From positions 16,306,001-16,370,000 of the forward strand of contig JBHGNT010000009.1 in the NCBI GenBank assembly GCA_043228905.1: 64,000 bases of DNA, given 5' to 3'. This stretch comes from Azolla caroliniana. Taxonomy: Eukaryota; Plantae; Polypodiophyta. Shown here piece by piece: positions 37,081 through 50,551 of this stretch. Below the pieces are notes generated by a model. The model was given only the letters and a program-made list of their open reading frames with translations. It made no database searches and was not told where the DNA came from. The translations under genes and the position numbers were made by a program. Positions within the stretch are counted from its first letter, which is position 1, and each line of letters opens with the position of its first letter.

Positions 37081-38825
37081 CAACAATTGTTAGAGGCCGA
37101 ACCGGACCCGATCCTACGAGTCTTAGAGGATGGTTCCACGGAGCTTACGCCACCCCCATCTCCCATAATCACCATTTGGCTTTTGAGTATGTCACAACCT
37201 TCTTTAATGAATCTCCAATGATGATGGGCCCGAGCCTTGGCTTGGCTTTCCGGCACATCATCTTCATGAATATAAACATATCCAAAATCAAACAATATAT
37301 CGGAAGGTACATCCAATACAACATGCTTGCGGTTCATTGCATCCAAATACGGAACCACTAAACAACTTGCATTCTCTAACCCCCTCAATATTGTTTCCCC
37401 CAATTGAGGATTTTGCACATATTTGGCAAAATACAAAACTTGTCCTCTCATGGCCAACATAACATTCGGTTGATTCCATATGTCATTTCTCTCATAACCA
37501 CATAATGGAAAGGAATAACCGACCAATGAGTTTTCCACTTGTTTTTGTCTAAATAAAACATGGATCCTTATTGCATTGGGTTCATGAACATCTTTAACAC
37601 CCAAATGTTTTGTGAACTCATGCCCAAAGGGGGCTGCATAATCAAGTATGGAAAAGCCACCATTTCCGGTATCCTCCTTCAACATCCCACATGTTCTTAT
37701 TGTGATCGCATTATCCAATTTTTGTGATTGTATTGTTCTTTTTGAACGAAATGTTTTTGCCTTGACACATCCATCATTTGGTTGGGTGGTACTAACAATT
37801 TTCCCCCTTATCTCAGTAGTGGATGTTGGTTGTTCTTGTGTATCAATTTCTATGTCCAATGCATTATACGCATTAGGGGTGAGACACGTCTCTTGCATAG
37901 GCACCGTACGTGTCTTGCATCCATGCTTAGCCTTTACATTTATCCATTGAGTGTCTCTTGTTTCCCCTTGTGCCCGTACACCCATACAATCTGAGGCTAG
38001 TTTCTCTTGACATTTATTTGCCTCATGCCCTTCTTGTTTACAATATTCGCAACAACGTTTTTTTTCCCCCAATTTAATATTTCTCCTTGGGCAATTCTTG
38101 GCTAAATGTCCCATTTGCCGACAATAGAAGCATTGTCCAGGGAGCCCGGCAAACTCCACCTTTTGTTCTATAAAATCCCCTTCTTCATTTGGTAGCCTTA
38201 CCTTTGTCGGTAAGTTTTCGAGTGATTCTACCAAGATTCGGGCTGACGGAAATCCTGACATTTTACTTAATCGCATAGCCATACTTTCTTGGACCCTCAC
38301 TACAGTTCCGATCCTTGAAGCTATTGCTTCAAGCATCGGTAAATACTCCTTACGTAATCCCGGGAAGACAATCGTTAACGGAAATATCCGATCTCCTTTC
38401 CGTATTGCCTCCACCGGATTAAAACCTTGTTTCCAAGGCATCACAAATGCACGGGCACCTCTTACATCAAGAGGACTATGCTCCAACATTATTCCCACTG
38501 ATTCGATTGTATCCAATTCCACATGATAAAATCCTCGTCCCATGAATTGGACATCTATTATTCTACCAATTAATCCATGCATAGATGCTTGTAATAAATC
38601 TTTACACTCACCTCTATTCGGCCGAGCTCCCACCACTCTGCAGATCACCGAGAGTTGAGTTAGGCGCTGAATCTCTGATTTGAATTCAGCCTCTTCTTCT
38701 GTCGAGAATACGATCGGTAGAGGCCGCTCCTCAGATTCTGTTGGCGGGGCTGCTTCTTTAGAGTTCCCCTGTTGTGTCGTTGAGGTGGCTCTCTGCTGCG
38801 TTCTCTCTCTTCCCTGTTCCTCCAT
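37080..38825 (-). CDS. LINE ORF1 (DUF4283-like region, two CCHC knuckles, extra C-terminal region), about 581 aa
   Basis: Open frame from MEEQGRERTQ; DUF4283-like segment (FMGRGFYHVEL...PW); CFYCRQMGHLAKNC and CEYCKQEGHEANKC; stop codon overlaps the ORF2 ATG as TGATG. Confidence 0.88.
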   Translation of the reverse strand: MEEQGRERTQQRATSTTQQGNSKEAAPPTESEERPLPIVFSTEEEAEFKSEIQRLTQLSVICRVVGARPNRGECKDLLQASMHGLIGRIIDVQFMGRGFYHVELDTIESVGIMLEHSPLDVRGARAFVMPWKQGFNPVEAIRKGDRIFPLTIVFPGLRKEYLPMLEAIASRIGTVVRVQESMAMRLSKMSGFPSARILVESLENLPTKVRLPNEEGDFIEQKVEFAGLPGQCFYCRQMGHLAKNCPRRNIKLGEKKRCCEYCKQEGHEANKCQEKLASDCMGVRAQGETRDTQWINVKAKHGCKTRTVPMQETCLTPNAYNALDIEIDTQEQPTSTTEIRGKIVSTTQPNDGCVKAKTFRSKRTIQSQKLDNAITIRTCGMLKEDTGNGGFSILDYAAPFGHEFTKHLGVKDVHEPNAIRIHVLFRQKQVENSLVGYSFPLCGYERNDIWNQPNVMLAMRGQVLYFAKYVQNPQLGETILRGLENASCLVVPYLDAMNRKHVVLDVPSDILFDFGYVYIHEDDVPESQAKARAHHHWRFIKEGCDILKSQMVIMGDGGGVSSVEPSSKTRRIGSGSASNNC

Positions 38826-38984
38826 CTCGTTTTCAGGCCGTCTTTGTATCGATTTGAATATATATTTACATAAGGGTATTATCAATTATGTTGGATTTTT
38901 TTTTTACATAAGCCCATTCAATATTAGATATTTTAATGAGACAGTAAAGAATATATTATGCAAACAATACTCAAATTTGAAGTC

Positions 38985-38987
38985 GCA

Positions 38988-39018
<31 letters not shown>

Positions 39019-40855
39019 GCATGTATCCTATATACCTACATTCAAATATTATGTCCATGAATATGTATATACATACATTACACCAATTTATACATGCATG
39101 CTGACTAAACATAAATATATGTACAAATATATATTACTATATGTAAATATGTACATACATGCATTACATACTACATACATATTAGAATCGGCCATATATA
39201 TTGACATACATATATACATAATACATACATAAAAATTACATATTACATATTACACATGTATATTATTATACACACAATTATATACAAATGCAAATATACA
39301 AACCAAACACACAAAAATAAATTACATATTATATATATACACATGCATACACATTCCATACATACAATACAATACAATATGTACATACATACACACACAA
39401 ACATAACAAATGCATATATACCTATATCCATGAATATGTATATGACTAAACATAAATATATGTACAAATATATATTACCATATGTAAATATGTACATACA
39501 CATACATACATGCATGCATTACATATTGCATACAGATTAGAATCAACCATATATATTGACATACATATATACATACATAGATGCATATATACATACAAAA
39601 ATAAATGATCTATTATATTATATATATATACATATACACATACATATTAATACCTAAGATTACATATTATATATATACAAATCTTCATACTTACAAACAA
39701 GTTACATATATTATATATATATACGCGTGCACACACACATAAATAAATTAGATATTACATAGTATATAATCCATACCTATTAGACAATATACAAATTTAC
39801 ACATACATAAAGTACATATATACATATATAGATATATTGCATATGTACATACATATTCCACATATAACCATATATATGTATAGATTATATTGAACCATAC
39901 AAACCAAAATACTTACATATACACACACACACATTAGATATGTATATGTATACTTACACATAAATAAATTAGATATTACATAGCATATAATCCATACCTA
40001 TTACACAATATACAAATTTACACATACATACATTACATATATACATATATATGTAGATACATACATAGACATATTACATATGTACATACATATTCTACAT
40101 ATCACCATATATATAGATTATATTGGACCATACAAACCACAATACTTACATATATACACACGCGCACACACACACACACACATTAGATACATGTATGTAT
40201 ATTACGTACATATTACAAACATACATCCATATACAAAGCCATATACATATGTACTAAATATGAAAATATCCCAAAAATATACATATATACACGTACATAC
40301 ATTCATACATTTATATACATATGACCATACACACACACACACACACATACATTGGATATATACATACATATTATGCACATAGTACAAACACATTCATACT
40401 CATTGAATCATGTATATTGACATATATATATATATATATGCATACATATACATACATACATATTCCACATGTCACCATATATATACGTACATATGCCTAC
40501 AATGTTATAAGTTTTACAAACATACATCCATACACATATATACATACATTACATACATGCATACACATACATACATACATTACATATGTACATACATATC
40601 ATCACAAACTACAATACATACATATATACATACACATACATAAATATTATGAACAAACATCCACACACTCATGTATGCATATATGCATACATTGTTACAC
40701 ATACAAACATACATACATTACATATTACATATATACACATATGTACATTCATACATGTACATTCATACATGTACATACATACATTGCATATGCATATATT
40801 ACCATCACACATTCATATACATTGTATCATGTACATTGTCATATACATAGATTGA
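38985..40855. repeat. Low-complexity (TACA/CA/TA)n satellite-like tract with higher-order duplications
   Basis: Alternating purine-pyrimidine repeats; blocks near 39055-39225 / 39428-39575 and 39735-39950 / 39955-40200 are duplicated. Confidence 0.85.
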
Positions 40856-41079
40856 AATATTCGCATTCGTGGGGCCTACCCCACGAATCCATACGAATAG
40901 GAATGCGAATACATATAAATATATTCGTTTTCTATTTTTTTTTAAAATTTTAAATAAAAAATAAAAAACAGTTTTTCTTCATCTGAGCAAGTGAACGAAC
41001 AGCGAGCAGCGAGCGAGCAAGCCTCACCCTACTCCCTGTCCGCCCTCGCTTCCCTCTGCATCTTGTTCTCGGCCAGAAA

Positions 41080-42103
41080 ATTGAGCTTTCCGCAATATCC
41101 GCATTCGGTTGCGTTTTGACGGCTCGGGCCGGAGTGGAAGCTCCCCCTTCTTGCGAAGGTTCCTTGTTGGCTTCCGTTTTGCGGCCAAAATTGGGAGTTG
41201 TTATCGTAGGTCGGACCTCGTCCGCCTTGTCCTTGGCCGAATCGGCCTCTCGACTGTCTGCGTCCTCTTCCTTTGTTCGAGTGCGTGTAGAGCATGTGGC
41301 CTTCTGACTCATTGCTCCTTGTACGCACGTGGTTTTCTTCGACCAATAGCATTGATTGGAGCTCGAAGAAGGAGGGAGATTTCTCCCGTGCTAGAACGGC
41401 GGTTCGCATTGCGCTGAACTATGGTGCGAGGCCGCCGAGGCATATTTGAACCATCTCATCATCATCGATATTTACGCTTATTGAGCCGAGCGAATCACAA
41501 AGCTCTTTGATCTTCAAGGTGTATGTCGTGATGGACATGTCCCTTTGTTGAATGTTGCTCAACTCTTGGCAGAGTTGAAGCTTCCTCGCGATCGTGTTTG
41601 CCGTGAAAATCTTTCGTAGATTTTCCCATGCCTCCTTCAGTGTTTTGGCTTCGCGAATGTAGCCGAGCATGTGATCGTGAACACATGTCGCCAAGCAATA
41701 CATCACGCGGCTTGCGGCTTGCTCCCATGTCGCGTATCCGGGAGCCGCTTCGGCGGGTCAGTCTTCATGCGCTCCTTTGATGTAGCTCCAATAGCCTTGT
41801 CCGACAAGGTATTGGTGCATCTTGTACTCCCAAGATGCGAAGTTGTTTCGATCCAACTTCTCAGTAGGGAGAGCGCTCCCCATTTGAGTATTCATTATGT
41901 CGATTCTTCTTCTTCTTCTTCTTCTCTCTTCGAATGCGAGCTATGTAGCGAACCTACGATAACGATGAGCCGGTTCTTGGTCGTCGGCGTGGAGCACAAC
42001 ACACGATCACGATGAGGCGAATGGGCTAGATCGACCTACCAGATCACTCTGATACCATGTAAAGAATTAAGAGATGGATTCTTGTGAAGCGGAATAGGTG
42101 TGA

Positions 42104-42139
<36 letters not shown>

Positions 42140-42450
42140 ATAGAGAGAGACACAAACAGACAGAGTATACGCAAGGTTAAGTATATTAACAAAGGAGAAA
42201 GACACAACATATACAAGGTGGGAGGAGGGTGCTTTATATAGTCACCCTCTCTCTTCATTAACTACAAGACTCATGGAGCATGGGGAATGTGAAAGCTCAT
42301 AAGTTATGTGTCATAGAATATGATTCTATGACTCATACTAAATGCTAGAATACAAAGTGGTGACATAATGGTGACTTTTGACCATTGGAGTGTCTCTTCA
42401 CTCTCAAGGTGAGTTCACACACTAGACCAAGTTGAGCTTGATTCTCAACA
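41080..42450 (-). mobile_element. 5'-end fragment of a copia (LTR, PBS, gag)
   Basis: LTR 42058-42450 (TG...CA); PBS TGGTATCAGAG at 42047-42057; gag ATG at 41883 (MGSALPTEKLDRNNFASW) through CGYCGKL, then truncated. Confidence 0.88.
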
Positions 42451-43665
42451 ATACATAAACACACACACACATAACATATACAATCATACACACAAGCCAG
42501 ACATACATTACAATACAATATGTACATACATACACACATACACATTTACACATACATACACACACACATAACATATACAATCATACACACATGCCATACA
42601 TACAATACATACAATAAACGAAATTAATACATTACAATACAATATGTACATACATACACACATACCTATATACACATATATACACTTACATACATACACA
42701 TTTACACATATAACACATACATACAATACAATATGTACACACATATATACATACACATGGAATACAATACAATACATACACACACACGTGTAGAATATAC
42801 AATATACATATGGACACATATATATGTAGTATGGAACATACATACACACAACATAAATGCTATACATACAATAAATGCAATTAAATAAAATAAAATACAA
42901 TATGTACATAATACACACATACCTATATACACATACAATGCAATCCATACAATACCTACATACACATATAATGCATACATACATACACATATACACACAT
43001 AACACGATATGTACATACATACATACACACACACACACACAAAATGCAATTAAATAAAATAAAATACAATATGTACATACATACACACATACCTATATAC
43101 ACATGCAATACAATCCATACAATACCTATATACACATATAACACATACATACATACATGATACACATATACACACATAACACAATATGTACACACACAAA
43201 CATAACACACATGCATACCACATACAAACATATATGATGTATGGAACATACATACACATGCACAAACATAACACACAACACACATGCATACCACATACAA
43301 ACATATATGATGTATGAACATACATACACACACAAACATAACACACAACACACAACACACATGCATACCACATACAAACAATACAATCCATACAATACCT
43401 ATATACACATATAACACATACATACATACACATATACACACATGCATACATGCATACATACACACGTACAAACATAACACACAACACACATGCATACCAC
43501 ATACAAACATATATGATGTATGGAACATACATACACACACACAAACATAACACACAACACACATGCATACCACATACAAACATATATGATGTATGGAACA
43601 TACATACACACACACACAAACATAACATACAACACACATGCATACCACATACAAACATACCATGT
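42451..43665. repeat. Low-complexity (CA/TACA)n tract with ~60-bp higher-order units
   Basis: Recurring unit CATGCATACCACATACAAACATATATGATGTATGGAACATACATACAC. Confidence 0.85.
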
Positions 43666-43825
43666 AACTTAACATTTATGCCTTTTATTTTAACAGGAAA
43701 AGGAGAAAAGAGTAGAAACCAAATATAAACCTATGGTATTCCAAATATATTTTCTGATTTCTTTAAGATATTATTTACTTCTATGTATATTAAGTTTTCT
43801 TGTGTTTGTTGTTACATGTTATAAT

Positions 43826-44467
43826 CATAGTTCTAGCCATACATCTCAAACGTGTCATACTCATACGTGAATATTCGTATCATACTCATGCGTGAAATGG
43901 CTCCAAGTATGATTGGAATCCATTCGTCTATATTTTTATTTATTTTTATTTTTATTACTCTAAATTTTTTTTTAAAATATGAAAAACGAGACAAATTGGT
44001 AAGGCGGCAAGTTGTAGGCGGCCCGCAGGTGAGCGGGAATCAAGATTCGGGATTCGGGAATCAGAAATTAGAAATTAGAAATCAACTCCCTGTTCGTTTC
44101 GTCCTTCACAGAAATCTGATTTTCACGATTTTCTCCTCACAGAAATCTGATTTTCACTCAGAGCTCTCGATTCTCTACAGTCAACTCTTAGTTACAACTT
44201 ACAACTCATGAACACTCAGAGCTCTCGATTCTCAACGCACTCGATTCTCAGTTCAGATTCATGATCACTCAGAGTTCTCGACTCTCAGACTCAGACTCGT
44301 CACTCCTCACGAGTCACAACGCGATAACGCGTTAGAAAAAACCCCCCAAAAAAACCCCCAAAAAAATAAAAATAAAAACCAAATGAATATCGTGTATCAT
44401 ACGTGTACGTTTGCAAACATTCGCGTACATCCAATAATTTGGACGTACGCGAATATTAGGAACTATG
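43826..44467. mobile_element. Non-autonomous hAT element / MITE (642 bp)
   Basis: TIRs CATAGTTC / GAACTATG; perfect 8-bp TSD GTTATAAT at 43818-43825 and 44468-44475; no ORF. Confidence 0.85.
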
Positions 44468-45349
44468 GTTATAATACAGGTCCAACGTTGAAGATGGAAA
44501 CAACATGAAATTTATATCCTAAAATGAACTTCTTAGGGTTTTCTTTTTATATAGTTGGTCTTTAAAAGGGCAACCTTTATTATAATATGTTTTTTAAGTA
44601 GACATTGCAATAACAAAATGATTTATTTTATTTCATTTTGATTTGGGTAAGAATGTGTGAATAGATGATGTCTTACATTTCAAATGGAAATATGAAGTAG
44701 GTTGCCATTTGTTTGATCAATGTGTTTCAGAAAAAATAATGTTATGGCTTCATATGAGTCTATCCATGAAACCAAACATAATGTTAATTTGTTAGTAATT
44801 TCATTATTGATATGCATTTTAGATTGTTCCATGTGTGTTTTTTGAGATATATATGTCAAGTTCAAGATTGTTTTATTGTAAATTACATTGTTTTTTATCA
44901 CTCTATATTCTTCATACGTCTCAATAAACTAAAAACAAAAACTTATATGTGGCTTATATATGTTATACCTCTAGTGTTTTTGGGTAATGTTTCCTAATTG
45001 TGTGTGCATTACTTTATACTTTAAACATTGTGTTTTCAATCTATGTGGCACTTGATGAAACATTTCTAGGAATTTTCATATGATGTCTAATGTTGATTCA
45101 TAATTTTGCGAGTCATCAATTGTAAAGACGGTCATTGATCCTTTCTAGGAATAGAAACTATGTGTGCATGTATATTTTATATGTAAGGGTATTTAAAATG
45201 GGTGGTTATCAAAAAATATATTCGCAATAAGGGGTATTTTTATTAATCGTTTTTCTACACAAGGGTCACTAAAATAGTAAAAAACATACGTATAAGGGGT
45301 TTATAAATGATGTCATGAACGCACGTGATACAACCTTCTTATATATAGT

Positions 45350-45989
45350 GGAGCCCCCGGGCAACAGTTACTGGTGCATTTTATATGACCAGGATGCATA
45401 GTTGCCCCGGTCGAGCTTTTCTGTGGGAAGCGAACTTGTCATACCTCTGTCCATTTTGGTTCTCTACTGTTCTTCACCGGGTGTTAGGGTTTGTCTTCGA
45501 AAACGTTTGTTGGATGCAAAGGAGTCTCAACCCTCACGCTCTGATACCATGTCAAAGTTGGCATGCGGAAGCTTGACAAAACCGGTTTAACCGGGCAGCA
45601 ATAGAGAATAGAAAACACAGGTTCAATGGAAGCTCGAGAATATTTAGCATACACGGGAGAGACAGAGAGAGAAAGTAGAACATAAAACTCAATTCCAAAA
45701 TAATAATCCTTTGTGTACATAGAATGTGCTAAGAGAACACTTTTATACAAGTCCATAAAGGACTGACAGAAGTACTGACATGTACTTCAATGCTCATACG
45801 AGCGACTGTCACTGACTCCCCAAAATATGCCTACGTACTAGGTTGGATCCCTAGGCCTCTAACGGCCTACCGGTTTCAATCCGATCTGGCTCCTGGTTCC
45901 GGACACCGATCCGGTTCTCCGTTCTGGATACCGATCCGTCTCTGGGTTATTCAGCTAATCCGGATCCAATTGAGCTTGCTCGCTAAACA
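45350..45989 (-). mobile_element. 5'-end fragment of a copia (LTR, PBS, start of gag)
   Basis: PBS TGGTATCAGAGC at 45538-45549; LTR about 45550-45989; gag MDRGMTSSLPTEKLDRGNYASWSYKMHQ from 45454. Confidence 0.8.
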
Positions 45990-46964
45990 ACTACATTATG
46001 GTATAATAGACTCTGAGATCTTAGTTTGGCCTAAACCTTTGATCGAGCAATGCGCACAAGACCATATTCTCCTGAGAAGAAACAACCATGGGTCTGCACT
46101 TCATTGTGTTAAATCACCTCTAGAGTAAGCCACTCTTTGTCTCTATGATTGTAACTGCTTGAAGTGGGATTCCAAATCTGACGGCCATACTTGTGCTTCA
46201 TTTGGTTAGGAGAAAATCGAATAGGTCATCCAACGTTGTTCACTCATTCGCCGTAATCACTCGACGCAAAGTCTACCCCAGGAACAATCCCCATCTCTTG
46301 CTTCATTCAGCTAGATGACATTCGGGAGGATTAGTCGGCTATGTCCCTCTCGATGTTGTAGTCACCTAAAGCAGGATCAGCCTGGACAACGACACATAAT
46401 ATGTGATTGGCACTGTGAAATTGACAATCAGAATAGAACTAGCAATTAATTATGCTCAATCCGGCTAGGTGATATTCAGGAAGATCAGTCGACTTTGTCC
46501 CTCCATTGACCGTAGTCACCCTGGGCAAGTTTAGCACCCAATTGCCATTCCAAATCCAATCCAGTAATCAATCAGCCAATTGGCTGTAGTCACTCCGGAT
46601 AGAACTCGCCGATAGTTGAAGCTGATTTGACTCATGTCCAAAACTGACTAGATTATAAAACGCCGCATCAATTGTATAACTCTACGCCATTCGTATTTAG
46701 CGTAAGCTTCATTAGGGAGTTGAGTTATTCAATCCGCTCAATATCTTCCGTTCCCTCAATCTGAGTTACACGCTCATTGATGTGCGGTTGTTCTAATGCT
46801 TTAGCGGTGTCTGTTATGCTTGCAACACTTCCTCTTCTACTGACGATGTTGGTAAAATTAACGAATAAATAGTTATTAAGCTTTTGCATATGCTTTTTTA
46901 TCAGGTGCGCCAATGGGTTGTACCCCAACACTGTTTGTAGTTCACTCCGAAGAGAGCCTAGTCA

Positions 46965-48215
46965 AATGGCACAGAATGACATCAATATCTGGGTCATCAG
47001 AGATGAGCTTGAGGAAGTTCGACGGTTCGAACTTCAACTTCTAGAAGCAACAAATGCAAGACTATTTGATCGTCAAAGGTCAGATAGATCCCATCTAGTT
47101 CGAGAATCCTCTAGAAGAGTACAAACTGAATGAGTGGACAAAGTTAGATCGAATTGTCTAGGCCACCATTCAGATGCACTTGTCGAAGTCAATGTACTTC
47201 ACAATGCAACCATGTTCAATTGCCTTCCAACTATGGAAGACACTCTCAGACACTTATGAAAAGAAGGTCGCCACCACAAAGATATTTCTGATCTGGTGCC
47301 TTTACAACCTTCGAATGAAAGAATCTGACTCAGTATAGGCACACATCAACAAGTATGAAAGCCTAAGTTCCCAAATTTTGGCTCAGGGGACGACAATTGA
47401 TAATGAACTAAATGCAATGTTGCTAATGAGTAGTCTTGCCCTTTCATGGGAAACTTTCGTCACAACAATGTGTAATGTGTTGATTGTTGCAGTAAAATAC
47501 TTTGAAGTCACAAGCTCAATTTTGATTGAAGCAGCTGGGAGAAAATCGTTCTTAAACGATTCGACCAACGACGCCTACGTAGTACAAGGTTCGGCCAACC
47601 AAGCAAACAATTGAGAGAGAAGTTCTTTTGAACCGTCGATTAATACGCGAAGATTGTCGATTAATATGCAAAGCCAGAGCAAGTCTCGAGAGCTTGCAAT
47701 TATTGCAAGAAACCCAGACATATCAAGGTCAATTGTTGTCCACTCAAAGTCGAGAATGATAAAGCTCCTCGGCTCTTTAGCCAAACTATTGACAGACAAA
47801 CCGAATATTTTGTTCATAGAACACTCAGTCAAAACAAAAGTTCTTATTACGACTTAGGAATCGAGCACATAGCTCTTGGATTCGGGTGCGTCCTACCAGG
47901 TCACTCCTCATAGATCACAAATTCGGCAATATTCGGCTCGTCATTCCGACTCAGTTCAAGTCGGAAATTCGTAGCATTGTCCTATAATCGGAATCGGCAC
48001 AATAGTGCTTAACCTACCGAGTGGCTCTACAGTAGTACTACATAATGTTCAACATGTACATGAGCTCTCAAGACCACTGATTTTGGTCGCACAACTTGAC
48101 GAAGAAGGGGAAACCTCCTACTTCTCATCAGGAGGGTGGACACTCCATAGGGGGTACCTCCTGCTTGCTCGAGGTCTGAAGGTGCATTCATTGTACCCGT
48201 TGTATGTCTTCATTC
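46965..48215 (+). pseudogene. Old copia gag-protease remnant
   Basis: YEKKVATTKIFLI..LYNLRMKE and LLMSSLALSWETFV (UBN2-like gag); LLDSGASY protease motif; LHNVQHVHELSRPLI; many stops. Confidence 0.75.
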
Positions 48216-49309
48216 AAACGTTGATGGTGTAACACTCTACATATAATATCCCTACGATCCTCTTCACCAAATCACTTCGTTATTTCTACCAAATAACGGA
48301 CTATGTGAAGAACCACTCGTCTCTTGGTCCTTTCAGATATACATGAGTTACTTGACAACTTACTCTCGTTGGGGATCCCCATTTGATCACTAGATTTATC
48401 CAAAAAAATTAAGTGTCTTGCGAGAGTAGTTAATGTTATATAGACTACACTAAGAAATCACAGTCAAATGTTTTTAAATGTGACCTGCAAAGTGAGAAAT
48501 AATTCGTTTCGGACATTAGAATTACGGATCAAAGATGACAATTATCATTTCTTTATTCACAAATTTCTAAAAATGAAAAACTTTGGTACTGAAAATGAAA
48601 AAATAGATGGAAGGAATCTCCAATGGTGGAGGGAGCGTTGAATCTGTGTGATATGCCGCCTCGATTTGGTGGAAGGAACCTCCAATGGTGGAGGGAGCCT
48701 TGAATCTGTGTGATATGTCGCCTCGATTCGGTGGAAGGATCCTCGCCTCGGTGGAAAAAGCCTTAAATCACCGTGAGATAAATTGCAATCGGTGGAAGAA
48801 GTAAGAAAATCATTCTCGAAGAAGTCACTATTGGTTGTTATAAGAGGCCTCAGAACAGTCTCTAATCCTCAACTCAAGTCCTAAAACAGAAACCCTAACA
48901 AAACCAGAACACCTCAACTCAACCAAAAACCTGACATGGATGTCTGAGATATGCTCCCTAAACCTGAACAAACCTCATAGATTGGAGGAAAACCAGAAAC
49001 CTGACATGGATGTCTGAGATGAAGAGCTCAGAGGGATAGAGTAAGAGGAGTAAGAGGAGTTGGTTTGAGGAGAAGTGCCAAAAACGACGTGAGGGGAAAA
49101 TAGCCCTCAAAATGGAAAGAACATCTCCTCACGTGTTCCCCCCATTCCTTGTCTTAAATGACACTTGTACTACACTCACCCCACTCCCCAAAATCGATTT
49201 TATTTTTCTATGATTTTTTTTCTCAATTATTTAATAGTACTAATAGTATCGAAAGGACTGACATTTTTTGTGGCCAAAAACAATACTTTTCTGGTACACC
49301 GTAGCGTGC

Positions 49310-50551
49310 TTCCACCCTATTATGGGATCTACATGTGGAGGTGTCCGACTCGACGATGATCTATTGTGACAATCTCAGCAGTATCCACCTTGTGAAAAAT
49401 CCTATATTCCATGCCCGAACCAAGCACATTGAGGTGCACTACCATTTTGTCCACGAGCGTGTCCTTTTTGGTGAAGTCAAACTAGCGTATGTTCCCACGG
49501 ATCGGCAAATTGCCGACATCTTCACCAAGCCCCTTGGTCTCGACAAGTTGCGGCATTTCTCGAGTGAGCTGGGTTTGCGTCACCTCGACACGCTGAACTT
49601 GAGGGGGAGACAACAGGAGCGTAAACGTGAAAGGAGTGGTTACAGTGACCGCGATGCCGAGATGGATGAAGAATTCGATTTCGGGCCTGCTGAAGAAGCC
49701 GAAGAAGAAAACATGGGCCGTAATCGCAAGGAAGAGCCGAAGATAATCGAGCAAAGGGGAAATACAGGCAAGAAGGGCGTAAAGGCCAAGACCAAGACAT
49801 GGTCTAATGTTGTCAAGGGCCTGAAAATAGAAGACGAATTGGAGACAACCAATTTGGGTGAAAGTGGAATTGAATTGATAGTGACCGATTCAATCGAAAT
49901 GTTCGATTCAGACATTACGAATTGACTGAGGGTCAAGCGAAGGAAAGGGCAACGAAAGAGGCGTGAACACCGCGACAGCAAGGGAGCTGAGAAGGGCCAC
50001 ATGAGCAGACAAGCGGACCGGAAGGGTGGAAGTGCACGGAATCGAACGGGTCAAGGAGCGCGAACGAGGCGTGAAGCCAGGAGAGGCCGGAGCGAAGATC
50101 CGGGAAAAGTAGATGGAACCTCAAGTTGAGCTTGAGGGAGAGTATTGAGAAACAAGCTCAACATTGGGTGTGTAACCCAATGCGTAGACTGGGTGCGTAA
50201 AACTGTACGCACAATATGACCGTAGCGGTGTGTAAACTGAGAGGCCGTTAGAATGTTATTCCTCGTAAGGAATAATTTTGGGAGTAAGTGTAGGATGCTC
50301 ATTTATGAGCGGTCAAGTACTTGTGTCAGCCCAATAGTCAGGGCTTGTATAAAAGGTGCTCACCGAGCACGAAGTATGTACAGAGGATATACAGAGAATT
50401 ATTTTTTAATATAGTTTCGTGTTATGCTCTCTCTCACTGTCTCTCCCTCTCCTTCTATGTGATTTCTGCGTTTTACCGAGTTGTCGTACTTCCGAACCGT
50501 GTACTCTGTGTCTTTCGCATACGCTTCCTTCTGCACACGTATTCTTTTACA
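49310..50551 (+). mobile_element. 3'-end fragment of a copia of the element-2 family (RNase H, extension, PPT, 3' LTR)
   Basis: IYCDNLSSIHL...HARTKHIEVHYHF...QIADIFTKPL; PPT at about 50134-50142; LTR 50143-50551 similar to 18732-19169. Confidence 0.88.

Larger units (their letters stand above)
25547..38850 (-). mobile_element. Full-length L1-type LINE (about 6.3 kb net), interrupted by a gypsy insertion
   Basis: ORF1 plus ORF2; A-rich/(TAAA)n tail at about 25560-25582; candidate 15-bp TSD GATTTGAATATATAT at 25532-25546 and 38851-38865. Confidence 0.88.

Noticed and set aside
38985-43730. Many Cys/Val/Tyr/Met- or His/Thr/Ile-rich ORFs of 60-240 aa
   Set aside because: Translation artefacts of (TACA/CA/TG)n low-complexity DNA.
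25458-45327. Possible large DNA transposon bounded by CATGTGAGTTCAT and ATGAACGCACGTG with TAAGGGTATT motifs
   Set aside because: Only an 11/13 inverted match, no consistent TSD, and the internal motifs are in direct rather than inverted orientation.
48609-49020. Short tandem and dispersed duplications (about 61 bp and 26 bp)
   Set aside because: No termini or TSD found; ordinary local duplications.
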